DNA of 25,058 bases from a virus. Lineage: Duplodnaviria; Caudoviricetes. The DNA lies in the IMG/VR virus record IMGVR_UViG_3300012667_000430, positions 1 to 25,058 of that record; one strand, given 5' to 3'. Positions 24,473 through 25,058 of this stretch are shown here, one piece after another. The first letter of the stretch is position 1. Each line of letters opens with the position of its first letter. The notes beneath the pieces are model-generated. The model worked only from the letters and a program-made list of their open reading frames with translations. It was not told where the DNA came from and made no database searches. Made by a program: the position numbers and the translations under genes.

Positions 24473-24999
24473 CAGGCAGAAGCCTCCACCGGTGTACTCA
24501 GTTCAGCGAGCGCCTGGCGCAGCTCGTCCTCCAGCAGCGCGGTCACTTTCACCAGGTCGCCCTCAGCGGCCAGGACTGGTGCCAGTCGGCTTGGGATCTG
24601 CAGCAGCGCATCGCGGGCGCCAGTGATCTTGGCAGCCCATGCACTGCGCACCGCGTCGGCGCGGATCAGGGTTCCGGCCATCTCGGCCTGCTTCATTTCT
24701 GCAATCTCAGCCTCAGCCAGCTCGCGCCGACGGCGGGCATCTTCGTAACTCACCCGAGCTCCGACCTCATGCGCGACGATGACCGCGGGCGCTGCGGAAA
24801 CCTCTGACGCGCTGGAGCTATCCACCCGGGCGCGTGTGTTTTGCTGCCACTGAATGTCCGCCACAGCCACTTCGATCAATTCACGGCCATCGATCGTCAC
24901 GGTAGTGATTCGCCCCTCCTTGATGGCGCGCGTAACCGCGCTGGGGGCGCATCCCCGCATCTTGGCGTACTCGCTTTTTGTGACTCGGTTTGGCTTCAC
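24472..24999 (-). CDS. terS: Terminase small subunit (Nu1-like)
   Basis: N-terminal HTH (KSEYAKMRGCAPSAVTRAIKEGRI), a coiled coil and GTLIRADAV...LLQIPSRLAP. It overlaps the terL start. GTG start. Confidence 0.85.
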   Translation of the reverse strand: MKPNRVTKSEYAKMRGCAPSAVTRAIKEGRITTVTIDGRELIEVAVADIQWQQNTRARVDSSSASEVSAAPAVIVAHEVGARVSYEDARRRRELAEAEIAEMKQAEMAGTLIRADAVRSAWAAKITGARDALLQIPSRLAPVLAAEGDLVKVTALLEDELRQALAELSTPVEASA

Positions 25000-25058
25000 T
25001 TTGATGGACCTATTAACTCTCTAGTTCACTTTTTCAAACTTTGACCAACTAGCGAAAT

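Noticed and set aside
22544-24748. Long plus-strand ORFs (291 aa, 410 aa) and other plus-strand ORFs throughout
   Set aside because: They are antisense shadows of well-supported GC-rich minus-strand genes and have no recognisable motifs.
1-25058. A second VR/target for the DGR
   Set aside because: I found no other TR-like copy by eye in this window. Remote targets elsewhere in the genome cannot be excluded without a search.
25000-25058. Possible cos/packaging region upstream of terS
   Set aside because: The position fits lambda-like phages, but the window ends here and no cosN symmetry or repeated terminase-binding sites can be shown.

Overview
This window is the late (morphogenesis and lysis) operon of a lambda-like, long-tailed phage or prophage, with every credible gene on the minus strand. 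In transcription order: terS, terL (gpA type), a Mor-family activator, a gpW-like protein, a lambda-family portal, an inserted six-gene accessory block (24-aa-repeat protein, LamG-like protein, SGNH esterase, others), a fused prohead protease/major capsid protein, head-tail connectors, tail tube, tail chaperones G/GT with a -1 frameshift, tape measure protein and a short tail-tip module. Next comes a complete diversity-generating retroelement (DGR), then two holin-like genes, a GH108 endolysin and a frameshifted HNH-like gene. The DGR is the best-supported special system. It has a target gene with VR (3598-3714), avd, TR (3011-3127) and RT, and 15 of the 16 TR/VR mismatches fall on TR adenines. 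Other notable signals are a 31-bp exact repeat upstream of two SD-less late genes (candidate activator-dependent promoters), a nested capsid start, and a structured intergenic region before the tail chaperone. All family assignments come from motif recognition by eye, not from database searches.
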